Source of the DNA: Mobula hypostoma
Lineage: Eukaryota
Reading direction: 5' to 3'
Assembly: GCF_963921235.1 (NCBI RefSeq)
Contig: NC_086097.1
Span: 173,540,001-173,604,000 of the forward strand
Length of the DNA stretch: 64,000 nt
Positions within the stretch are counted from its first letter, which is position 1. Every line of letters begins with the position of its first letter. Positions 26,531-38,334 of this stretch are shown here, one piece after another. Both the position numbers and the translations under genes were made by a program. The notes below the pieces were generated by a model, which was not told the origin of the DNA, made no database searches, and saw only the letters and a program-made list of their open reading frames with translations.

Positions 26531-28479
26531 AAATAAATGGATGCTTTTGATTGTCAACTTCTTGGCACCCTGCTGAACAGAGCAACATTGTGTACAGGCA
26601 ATTCTGCACTATTCGTGTCAAGCTGCAATAACGATTTCTCAAGCATGTCACGAAAAAGCAATTAACACCATTACTGGGACCACTTATAATAAGTAATATG
26701 ACCTCCCATTATTAGTCAAATGTACCTAAAAAAATCCATTGCACTGTCCTTTTCATATGATAAAATCCAACTCAAGAAAATTATTCTGAAAAGAAATGGA
26801 CTGACAATTTAGGAGGCAGCAGCTGCAGAGATTGATAAGTTTAGGCAGTAATTAGATTTATCCTAAGTTCTTGTTCCATATTCAGTCACTGCCAGTAGCT
26901 GCTGGGGGAAAAAAAAAATTTCCAGCTGCTCAGAGGCCAATGTCAGAGCTTTCCTGTCTGCAACATTCCACATTTCCCAAAATTTCCAAAGCTATATCTA
27001 GGCTATTGTTGCTTATTATAAACAATTACATTAAACAGACCAACAAATACAGGTTGCCTTATGAATTACTGAGCGACCAACATAACTACACAACTGCAAT
27101 GGTCCAACTACTTATTTTTCCTGATTTCTTCATAAAAGAGTTAAATACTCAGCATTTTTCCACATCATTCATTAAAGTAACCATTATTAGGAGCAAAGAC
27201 GGGTTTGCATTGGCATTATTGTCGCATAACTCTATTGTTCCAAAATGATCAATAAAATGACTTAATTCAATAATAAAATTATTTGCAGGTGATGTACTTT
27301 ATACTTTATTGTCACCAAACAACTGGTACTAGAATGTACAATCATCACAGCTATATTTGATTCTGTGCTTCACACTCCCTGGATTACAAATATTAAATAT
27401 TAAAAATATTAAAAATAGTTAAATCAGTAAATATTTAAAATTTAAATTATAAATCATAAATAGAAAATGGAAAAATGGGAAGTAAGGTAGTGCAAAGAAA
27501 CCGAGAGGCAGGTCCGGGTATTTGGAGGGTACGGCCCAGATGCTGGTCAGGATGTTAAAGTTATGTTACAAGAAATCTGCATAAAGCCAATAAAAATTAA
27601 CATTTTCAATTATCTTAATTGTTTCTATTTTTAAATGCTCATATCAGCATGTTTCTTTTTATCAAATATAATTTAACTTCAAAGGCAGCTCTACTTTTCA
27701 CAGATTGCAATGCTCAGACTAACTATTTTGAATCCCTTTTAGTGTGCTTTTGCCTCATGAATTGATTGATACTTATGCAGTTCTACCGAGACAGCATTCT
27801 CTTTGACACAGCAGGGTATTATGCCTCCTCATCTTTCTACGTTAATCATCAACCACCCTATTCCACTCCAAAACCTCACACTAGTACACAGCACTGCAAG
27901 CTGCCCTTGCTTGATTCTAATCCCCTATTTGACCACAGCAAAGTAGCTCCAGCAATGGTTCTTTTATCCACCCCAAAATGATTACCCAATAAAATGAGTA
28001 ATTCGGTGCTTCACAGCAATCATCTTTAAACAGAGTCACCTTCTGCTTGATTCCATCTACAGCTAGCACTCCATCATCTTTTCTGATCCTCCGTGTTGTA
28101 AGATTGGATGAAGCAGTATCTTCTCTGGACACAGATTCATAAAGCAATACAGCAAGGATATAGGCCCATCGGTCCAATAAGTCCATGCAAATCATGATGC
28201 CCACACAGCTCGTCTCAATTTCCTGCATTCCGCCCATAAGCCCTGCCCCTACATGTAACTATTCCAAGTGCTTCTTAAATGGCACTATTGTACCTACCTC
28301 CAATAAGTCTTCCATATATTCACCACCCTTAGCAAGTAAAACTTACCATTCCATCCTCCACAGTACATCGACTATTGAAGCCCTTGAATACTTCATTTCA
28401 AAACTAATGGCACTCATGGCTTCATACCCATGTTGGCAATGAGCCAATCTGATTATGTAATTTCGTTCCAAGCATTCAG

Positions 28480-28810
28480 AGTGCTGTGAATTGCTGCACT
28501 TGTCTCAGAAAAGATGTTATGATGTTAAACTACAGCCATGTCTGTCCCCTCAGGTGGATAGTGAAGACCTAGATGGCATAATATAAAGCAAAGTGGAAGA
28601 GTACTCCTGGAGCTTTGACCAATATTCATGCCACAACTAACATCAAAATTACACGTGACCTTGTTACTCATTTAATTTTTGCTTCTTTGAAGTTCATTAT
28701 TCACAACTTGCCTGATGCACTCCATAGCTTACCACAGTGTGATTACATCTCAGAAGTACTTCCTTAATTGCATTATATTTAATAATCTTCTAAAGTGCTA
28801 TAGAAAGTGT
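28480..28810 (+). mobile_element. Ancient Deu-domain SINE (AmnSINE/SacSINE-like), highly diverged
   Basis: Recalled Deu-SINE blocks: gatgttaaac...tgtctgtcccctcaggtggatagtgaagac...ggagctttgaccaatatt...ttacatctcagaagtacttc...gtgctatagaaa. Confidence 0.5.
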
Positions 28811-30218
28811 TGTCTGGTACAATTTGTTGTTTTACTAAAAATGAAAATGATGAAGCAGCATCAGCGACAACATATTCAACTTTAAATATAAGCACACTGA
28901 TAATGTATTTCCTTTATAATATGCCCCATAAAGAATATCAATTTATGAATTAGCTGCAGAATTTTTCTGAGCAATTGTGTAGATTATATGTATTTCAGTA
29001 ATTTTAAATAAAGGCAGCGATATACAATGATAGTCAATTCTTCTGTGACACCTCACTTATGAGAAATTAATATGACAAACATGAGTATGTAACTTGCACT
29101 TTAGTGTTTTGTTGGTTATAGTCATTTTACACATTTTTGATTTATTAAAATTTTGATTTTAAAGTCATAAATATTGCTCCTGAACAGAATTTGCACAATC
29201 CAAGCAAAAAATTTGCAATGACAGGCATACTAAAATACTATACTTTTATACAGATATTAACCTCCTAACAAATTGCCTCAGCAGCAATCAGCAAACACAG
29301 TTTGTAAAAACAAGACACTGCAGATGCTAAAATCTGGATCAACTCAGCAGATCAAGCAAAGGGATGGTTGTCTTTCAGGTTTCCTCTTTGCCTCTAAAGA
29401 TCCCACTTGACCCACTTAGTTCTTCCAACAGATTTCGTTTTAAATCTATTTTTAATAGTAGTAGAATGAAAATCACGAGATGTTTACTAGAAAGCTGAAA
29501 TCACACAGAATTTATTTAAAAAGAAATATACTGTTTGCTGAGAAGAATTAGATGCAACATACACCACTGGAAGCAATGTTAAAAGGAGAGCAAGAACAGA
29601 GGGATTGAGTATATCTGCACATTTTATTGGAAGTGGCAAAGCAGGTTGATAAGTTGTTAGAAAAACATGGGGAGGATGCTCGGCTTCCCCTTGTACATAT
29701 CTACTTGCAGTTCAATTTAGTTTCTTCTTGTGAGTTTCACATTCTCTGGCTGAAAAAGTTTCCCTATATTTTCTTTGCACTTAACTTGTATGGTCAGCAT
29801 CTAGCTTCATTTTACCAATTCTGTTTATGCCCATTATCGTTAAAATTATCAGCAGCAGATCCCTTTACAATCTCTTCTCCTCCAAGGAGAACAACCTCAG
29901 AGCTGCAAATTACCCTCATAACTAATATACCTCAACTCCAGAATCATTCTGGGGAATTCCTTCTGCACCTTCTCCAAAAAAGTTTGCATCGCTCCTAAAG
30001 TAGTTTTGTTTCACAGGTTCATCACAACACCCTTTCGCACACATTCTGGCTCTGAAGCAAATTATAAATGTAAATATCTGAATCTTATAACTTAGAAAAA
30101 AGGTACATTACCACGGAGTTATAACATAGAAACAGGTCCTTCAGCCTACTGGTTCCACATCAATCCTCAACTATCCATTACATTAACCCAACATTAATCC
30201 CATATTTATATTCTACTC

Positions 30219-31080
30219 AAACACGAGGAAATCTGCAGATGCTGGAATTTCAAGCAACACACATAAAAGTTGCTGGTGAACACAGCAGGCCAGGTAGCAT
30301 CTCTAGGAAGAGGTACAGTCAACGTTTCAGGCCGAGACCCTTCATCAGGACTAACTGAAAGAGCTAGTAAGAGATTTGAAAGTGGTAGGGGGAGGGGGAG
30401 ATCCGAAATGATAGGAGAAGACAGGAGGGAGAGAGATGGAGCCAAGAGCTGGACAGTTGATTGGCAAAAGGGATATGAGAGGATCATGGGACAGGAGGCC
30501 CAGGGAGAAAGAAAAGGGGAGGGGGGAAGCCCAGAGGATGGGCAAGGAATATAGTGAGAGGGACAGAGGGAGAAAAAGGAAAGAGAGAAAAAGAATGTGT
30601 GTATATAAATAAATAAATAATGGATGGGGTACAAGGGGGAGAACGGATGGGGTACGAGGGGGAGGTGGGGCATTAGTGGAAGTTTGAGAAGTCAATGTTC
30701 ATGCCATTAGGTTGGAGGCTACCCAGACGGAATATAAGGTGTTGTTCCTCCAACCTGAGTGTGGCTTCATCTTTACAGTAGAGGAGGCCGTGGATAGACA
30801 TATCAGAATGAGAATGGAACGTGGAAATAAAATGTGTGGCCACTGGGAGATCCTGCTTTCTCTGGCGGACAGAGCGTCAACTGTCCAGCTCTTGGCTCCA
30901 TCCCTCCCCCTCCTGTCTTCTCCTATCATTTTGGATCTCCCCCTCCCCCTCTCAAATCTCTTACTAGCTCTTCTTTCAGTTAGTCCTGACGAAGGGTCTC
31001 CGCCCAAAACATCGACTGTACCTCTTCCTATAGATGCTGCCTGGCCTGCTGCGTTCACCAGCAACTTTTATGTGTGTTGC
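30219..31080 (-). mobile_element. Penelope-like element, 5'-truncated, with an inverted terminal repeat and 14-bp TSD
   Basis: 30254-30460 is an inverted repeat of 30877-31080; GIY-YIG C-terminal remnant at 30674-30860; TSD tttatattctactc (30205-30218) / tttctattctactc (31081-31094). Confidence 0.88.
30317..30352 (-). ncRNA. Minimal type-I hammerhead ribozyme motif, intact core, GUU triplet
   Basis: Minus strand agtc-CTGATGA-agggtctcggcct-GAAA-C-GTT-gact; stem I agtc/gact, stem II agg/cct, palindromic AACGTT at stem III. Confidence 0.8.
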
Positions 31081-31094
31081 TTTCTATTCTACTC

Positions 31095-31505
31095 GTTTTC
31101 AGCAGCTCCCTCAGATTCTACCACTTATTTACACACTAGAAGCAACTCCTGGTGGCCAATTAACCTTCCAGCATGCATATTTATGGAGAGTGACTGAAAC
31201 TGAAGCACTCAGAAGGTTGCTCATATAATCATATAATGCAATTTACCAAATTTAAATTAAGATAGTATAACATTCAGAGTCTATATTCCCTCAAGCTGCT
31301 TCTATGGTAAATTGATCAAACCAAAAGTTCATAACCAACATCTTTTAAAATTTGTTCTGCTTTCCATGTATTTTTATTAAATGTTATATTTTTGATGACA
31401 TGATCAAAGGGAGAGCATGCAAACTCCACAAAGACATTACCTGAGGTTAGGGTCAAACCGTAGTCTCTGGCACTGTGAAGCAGCAGCTCTACTAGCTGTG
31501 CCACT
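31095..31505 (-). mobile_element. tRNA-derived HE1/V-SINE-like element with its core replaced by a local copy
   Basis: Head tggcacagctagtagagctgctgcttcacagtgccagagac...tggagtttgcatgctctccc (31505-31410); tail ggttaattggcc...ctagtgtgt (about 31165-31100). Confidence 0.6.
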
Positions 31506-33169
31506 GTACCAGTCTAGCTGTATTCTTGTACAACACTATTGCTTCTTACCACCTCTGGCAGTGAAATGAAATTAAATGTATTTGCAAATCACTTTTCAAT
31601 GACTGCTGGGTGAATCAAATGAGTGTTACTGCATGCATACACACTACAGTTTAAAACATCAACACTATGAAGAAAGCATAGCAAAAGTCAGCGCATCCAA
31701 CAAAAAAGTTCATCATGATTCTGAACCTTCTGAAACAGAAAAAAGTTAAGAATATTGCTGGGACACAGCTCATGAAGCATGCAATGATTTAAGACTATTC
31801 TGTACATCACCTACTTGGTTAGGTTCCTACCTCCCACTGGACTTGTAATCATTCTTATAGACTAACAAAAGGGCTTTTAAAGTAATTATGTGTTCAAGTG
31901 TGGTCCCATACAAGCTACAAAGTAATAAAAAGGATCCTGTGACTTTTTCCTCATAATCCCACTTACCATATTTAAATTAAGATAGTACAGAATTCAGAGC
32001 CCATATTCCCACAAGCTGCTGCTATGGTAAAGAGATCAAACCAAAGGTTCATAACCAACATCTTTAAAATTTGTTCTGTTTTCCATGTATTTTTATTAAA
32101 TGTTACATTTTTAAATCTTACAGTTCTGACAAAGGCATAAATCTTTGACAGCTGCTGCTTTCCTCTGCAAACACATGTACTTTCTTCTTAAAATCTACCA
32201 TCATAAAATCCCACTGGACCAGGTCAGCAGAACACCTGCAATTCTTCATTCAGTTTACAGCACAAAGTCTAAAACGAAAAGTAACATTAATTGTTTCAGT
32301 ATCCTGCTACAGTTACATTTTTCACAAATTCCTGTGAACAAATGCTACAAGCATGAAATCATCCAGGCAACTCTGTCATCAGGAGGATAATTTTACCCCC
32401 CTCCCTTAAGCAGAACTCCAGTGGGAGCAAGTAGAAAAACTGGCAGCAATTACAAAACAACAGCACTTGAGACAATCTCGGGGGAAACCTGAGGAAACAT
32501 GCCACAGCAAATTAGAATAACTTTCACAGATACTTAATTGAGGATATCATCATTGCTATGGTACTTGACATGTTTGGATTTAAGATAATAATCATACATT
32601 TATATATTGTTTCTTTCCACACAGTTCTTTCTGCTTTTATAGCTTTTGCTAAAGCGTGTGTAACTGGTAAAGATTAAGGGACTGGGCGGAGTAGAGATTG
32701 AATTAATAGGCCAATTAAGCTGCATTATGTCTGGGTTGGAACACTAAATGAGCAATTGGACTGTTTCCGGAGCTTTTGGTCAATTGTTGTGTAGCAACCA
32801 TTAGACTCAATAGATCCCACTTTTCCAAAAGTCACTTTTATTGAATCCCCAAGCCTACCACCTTCCCATTGTCACATTCAACATTTTCTTCAATCCATCT
32901 GCTACTCTGGTCATAACCACTGCACCTAGAAATTTACTCCAGCTGTCATTCACTTTTTCAAAGCAGCATGTTTCATTGCTTGCCCAAAGCATTCTTGTAT
33001 TACTGTGAAATTGTGGAACAAATTACTATGACAGGTTTTTAAAAAGGGTGAGATGAGTACCAATCCATAAAAACGGGATTCCAATCTATTAAAGAAAGAA
33101 TTTGCATTGATATCGGACCAATTGAAAATCCAAAAGCTGTTCATGATCTTGACCATATCACTTCCCATC

Positions 33170-34280
33170 CAATCTCCTGAAAAAAATGCTATTCCCTTTT
33201 CTCAGTTCCTTCATCTCCGCCACATCTGTTCCAAGGACGTGACTTTCTATTCCAGGACATCAGAGGACAGGGTTCCATTCCCTCCACTATTAATGCTGCA
33301 CTCACCTACAAGTCCTCCATTTCCACACTCACCCCATCTTCCCACAGCCGTAAAAGTGATAGAGTTCCTTTTGTGCTCATCTATCACCCCACCAGCCTCC
33401 ACACCTTCTGCTATCTCCAAAAGGATTCTACCACTGAACATATCTTTACCTCCCTCTCTGCTCCTCCCCTCCCCCACTTTCTGCAGAGATCGCTCCCTGT
33501 GCAATTCCCTTGTCCATTTGTTCCTCTCCACCAATGTCTCTGCTGGCACTTATCCCTGTAAGCTGCCCAAGTGCTACATCCACCCGTATAATGCCTTCCT
33601 CACCTCCATTTATGGCCCCAAACAGTCCTTCCAGGTGAGGCAACACTTCATCTGTGAATCTGCTGGAGTTATCTATTTTGTCCGGTGCTCCGGATGTGGT
33701 CTCCTCTACATTGATGAGACCCGCTTAAATTGGCAGACTGTTTCGTCAGGCACCTCTTCATCATCCACCACAAGTGGGACTTCCCAGTGGCCAAACATTT
33801 TAATTCCCATTCCCATTCTGACGTGTTGGTCCAGGTCCCCTCTTTTGCCAAGATGAAGTCACCCTCAGAGTGGAGAAGCAACACCCTATATTCCATCTGG
33901 GGAGCCTCCAACCTGAAGGCATGAATATCAATTTCTCCTTCCAGTAAAATTCCCACCTCTGACATTTCATCTCTTCTCACCTATTACTTCTGGGTTCCAT
34001 CTTCCTTCCCTTTCTCCTATCTGATTCCTTCTTCTCCAGCTCAACTTTTCCCATCCACCTGACTTCACCTATCACCTTCCAGCTAGCTTCCTTCTCCTCC
34101 CCCCACCTTTTTATTCTGGCATCTTCCCCCTTCCTTCTCAGTCCTGAAGAAGGGTCTCAGCTCAAAACATTGACTGTTTGTTCATTTTCATAGATGATGC
34201 CTGACCTGCAGAGTTCCTCCAGCATTTTATATGTATTGCTTTGGATTTCAAGCATCTGCAGACTTGGTCGTGTTCATGAT
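33170..34280 (+). mobile_element. Penelope-like (Neptune-type) element 3' part: RT thumb, Cys linker, GIY-YIG endonuclease, terminal repeat
   Basis: AIPFSQFLHLRHICS; GTYPCKLPKCY; FICESAGVIYFVRCSGCGLLYIDET; PVAKHFNSHSH; degenerate hammerhead at 34140-34175 (GAAA to AAAA). Confidence 0.88.
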
Positions 34281-34589
34281 CAAAAAGTTGTTTCGATATC
34301 AGAATTTCTTCTATAGTAATTTAAAAGACGATCTTTTGCACAGGTTGTGGGGGTGCTACAGAAAATAGTGGAGACGAGTACAAAAATTTGCTAGATGGAT
34401 CACTGAACTGAAAATAAACTATTGCGACTAAACAAGTCTACTGTTATGATAAAGTAACCACTTAGTTTGTTCCAAACCCACAACTCATCCTTACCATAAT
34501 TGGTAATATCCAACCTATGGTTTAACTGTACCATATTTTGAGGAATAGCACAGCAGAAAGGAGAAGTGAGGAAAAGATATTAAATCTTC

Positions 34590-35365
34590 TGGTTTAAGAT
34601 GGTGCTGGTGAAGCTCAGCGACTACTTGCTGGTGGCAAATAAAATAAAGAAAACAACTGAATACTTTATTAATCACACTTTCTTCTGCTAAACGATCCCT
34701 GCAAACAATAGCCTGTATCTTCCCTGTTGGAGTTGAGCTCTTGAACCGCCTGTACAACCTGGCATTTTTGCGGTGGGAACTGAAGCCTCGAAGGTGCAGG
34801 TCATTGTGGTGAAGTATATTCAGGTCTAAATGAGGCACAGGACCTGGTCGGAGAGAGGGGAATGAGCCAAAGTTTGGCCTTTGCTGTAGCAGACTTAGAA
34901 GCAATTCGATGTGTCAGAACCAAGGCGAGGTTCTGGGTCTGAGAGCTTGGAACGGCCTGAGGTTTGGATGATTTAAGCACCAGGCCAGATTGAAACGGGC
35001 AGGGTGTTGAGGCCGGAAGCGGGCATCGGGCTGGTGTTCAGCTCACTACTTGGTGAGGCTTACTCATCTCTGCACTGAACTTCAGCTTGCTGCCCTGCGA
35101 GGTTGATTTGTCTCTGCACTGAACTGAGGCGATGGCCTGCAACTAGTTCACTTCCATTGAAATTCAGTTCTGAATGCTATTTGCATACTTTTATTATTTG
35201 CACAATTTGTTTTTTTTTCTCTCAGCTGATTGGGTGTTTGAGTCTTCTTTTGTTTGACTGGATTCTATCGAGTTTCTTTGTTTTGTGGCTGACTGTAAGG
35301 AGACGAATCTCAAGGTTGTATAATGTATACATACTTCGATAATAAATGTACTGGGAACTTTGAAA
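34590..35365 (+). mobile_element. Non-coding non-autonomous LINE derivative (AAGATGG 5' end, Rex-Babar-like 3' end)
   Basis: Starts tttaagatggtgctggtgaag; ends gaatctcaaggttgtata...gataataaatgtact...aactttgaa, like the Rex-Babar 3' ends at 24690-24755 and 61390-61452. Confidence 0.55.
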
Positions 35366-36109
35366 ATTAGCAAAAATTTACAAATATTAAAAAGCTACAG
35401 CCTATAATTTGGCTAGGGCTCAGTTAATGTGCTTAAGTGCTATAAAATTTATGAATGGTCCATGAACTCATGAACATTACCTCATTTTTGCACTAATTAT
35501 TTATTCTGTAGTTAAAGTAATTTAATGTCTTTGCACTGAACTGCTGCAGCAAACACCAAATTTCACATCAAATAAGAAAGTGATAATGATTCTGAAATTT
35601 GTCAGGAAATAGTTTAAACTGCTTAATTTTCCGTATGTAACTGACATTAACTGCTACATTTATTGGAGTCAAAGATCCTGCTAATGGCCCTGTTGTGAGA
35701 AGTTAAATAATGCTTCTGTATTGCAGTTCTTCATACTACTTCAATCAAGCATATTGATTGCATCAGATTTCCATTCACAACCAGTGACCTGCAGCTAAAA
35801 AGGTTGGGCAGCCTATAACGCAGAACATTTAACCACTATCAAGGTAAGATTGCGATATTATGTTCAATAAATCTATGGAAAAAGTAACCTTGCAAACTGC
35901 TTATTGTAATTAACATCCAACAAAAAGTCATCAATACTTTTCAGAATAAGAAAACCTGCAGCCAACCTGGTCTGGCTGATGTATAACTACTGTTTCAAAG
36001 TGACATGGCTGACTTTTAGAGCCCTCTAAAAACCAGCAGCGAGCCAGATGCAGCAAAATATAACCAACGATCAGTAAAACCTTTGGGTATCTTAAAGAGG
36101 TTTACAAAA

Positions 36110-37710
36110 TTATCAGAATCGGATTTAATATTACCAGCATATGTCATGAAATTTGTTGTTTTGCAGCAGCAGTACTTTGCAATATATAGTAATAAAAACA
36201 ATAAATAACAATGTGAAGTATATATAAAAATAAATGAAATAAATGTGTGCAAAAAGAGAGGGAAACATACTAAGGAGATACTTGTGGGTTCACTGTCCAT
36301 TCAGGAATCTGATGGTGTTGGGGAAGAAGCTGTTCCTGAAAACAGTCACAGAGTCCCTCTCCTTCTCCCCCCACCTCTCTCTCCCTCCCTCCCCTTCCTC
36401 AGAGATGTTGACAGGCAGGAACTCAAAATTGCTCACACTCTCCACCGATGACCCCTCAAAGAGGACTGGTGTGTTCTATCACTTCCCCTTCCTGAAGTCC
36501 ACAATCAATTCCTTGGTCTTAGTGATGTTGAGTGCAAGGTTGTTGTTGTGACACCACTCAACCAGCTGACCTATCTCACTCCTGTACACCTCGTCGTCAC
36601 CATCTGAAATTGTGCCAACAGTAGTTGTGTCATCAGCAAATTTATAGATGTCTTTTAATCTGTACCTAGCTACACAGTCGTGGGTGCAGAGAGAGCAGAA
36701 TAGTGGGCTAGGCACACATTCTTGAAGTACACCAGTGTTGTCAACAAGGAAGAGACGTTATTTCCAATCCACACAGACCGTGGTCTCCCTCTGAGGAATC
36801 AAGGATCCAGTTGCAGAGGGAGGTACAGAGGCCATGTTTTGGAGATTGTTGATAGAAACTGAAGGTATGATTGAGCAGTAGTCAATAATCGGCAGCCTGA
36901 AGCAAGTATAATTATTTCCAGGTGATCCAAGGCCTCATGGAGACCCAGTGAGATTGCATTGCTGTAGACCTATTGTGTCAATATGCAAATTCCAGCAGGT
37001 CCAGGTCCTTTCTGAGACAAGAGTTGATCTAGCCATGACCAATTTCTTAAAGCACCGCATCACAGTGGATGCGAGTGCCATTAGGCGATAGTTGTTGAGG
37101 CAGCTCACCCTGTTCTTCTTGGGCATTGGAATGGTGTCGCTCTTTTGAAGCAGGTGGGTACCTCTGACTGCAGCATGAGAGAATGAAGATGTCCTTCAGA
37201 ACTTTCAATAGTTAATTGGCAGAGGCTTTTAGAGCTCTTCCAGGTACACCATCAGGGCCCTCTTGTTCTGACGTCCACTTCCGGGACAGAGATCACCGGG
37301 TCACCGGATGCTGCAGGGATTCACACAGATGCAGCTTTATTCTCATCTGGGAGTGAAGCATCTCTGCCATTCATGTTGTTAGGTTTCGCTTTGTAGGAAG
37401 TAATGGCCTGCAAAAAAATGCCAGAGCTGATGTGCATCTGATTCTGTCTCTAACCTCAATTGGAATTGTTTTTTCATTTTTTCCATAGATCATACACGGA
37501 CTTCTTGTAAAGTTCTGGATCACTGGTCTTGAATGCAATGGATCTAGCCGTCAATAGACTACGAATCTCCTGGTTCATCTGCTGTTTTTGATTTGGGTAT
37601 GTCCGGTATGTTCCCAGAGGCACACATTCATCCACACAGATTTTGATGAAGTTGGTGACAACTGTAGCATATTCATTCAGACTCGAAGATGAATCTCTAA
37701 ATATTCCACC
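36110..37710 (-). mobile_element. Rex-Babar LINE, decayed, with internal deletions
   Basis: [81 protein letters not shown]. Confidence 0.85.
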
Positions 37711-38028
37711 GTGCACCACGGTGGGATAGCGGTTAGCATGATGCTGTGACAGTTCGGGGCATTCCAGAGTTCAAGTTCAATTCAGGCACTGTTCTGTAAG
37801 GACTACTTTATCACTTCCATATGTACAGTCACTCCTGTGCCTAGCATCACTTTAAAGACATATAATCAATCTATGTATACAAGCTATCTTAGGTATTTAT
37901 ATTTATTGTGTCTTTTTATTGTAGTGTTCTTTTTCGTATTGTGTTTTTTTGTGCTGCGCCAGATCCGGAGTAACAATTATTTCATTCTCCTTTACACTCG
38001 TGTACTGGAAATTACATTAACCAATCTT

Positions 38029-38334
38029 TTTTTTGTGTGTGCGTGCGTGTGCGTCTGCGTGCATGCGTCCGTGTGCGATGTTGGCGGGATGATGTCTTTT
38101 TCATGCCTTTACAAGGTGCGGAGCGAGAGAGAGAGAGAGAGAGTGGTGCACCACTCCTCATCCAGACATTTCGTAGTATTTTACCCTTTTATTTTACAAG
38201 GTCGAGTTGCGATCTCAACTCTCAAACCGGCATGGATGGAAAGCGTACTCGGGAGCGGACCCGAATGGGTTCGAACCCAGGAACCTCCATTCCAGAGTCT
38301 GGCACTGATGTCATTGCGCCACCAGCCAGCCCCG
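38029..38334 (-). mobile_element. tRNA-derived SINE with 15-bp TSD
   Basis: A box TGGCGCAATG, B box GGTTCGAACCC; TSD acattaaccaatctt at 38014-38028 and 38335-38349; (TC)n and (CACG)-like repeats then an A-run at the 3' end. Confidence 0.8.

Noticed and set aside
30206..31197. Cluster of overlapping Pro/Ser- or Gly/Arg-rich ORFs on both strands
   Set aside because: Arise from the purine/pyrimidine-skewed Penelope UTR and its inverted repeat; not genes.
34490..34580. Possible next VPS13B exon (starts AVLF...)
   Set aside because: No acceptor AG at the needed position and a stop within about 10 codons.
38260..38334. Possible tRNA gene (A and B boxes)
   Set aside because: No complete cloverleaf; it is the head of a TSD-flanked SINE. 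The same applies to the tRNA-like heads near 37716-37790 and 31410-31505.
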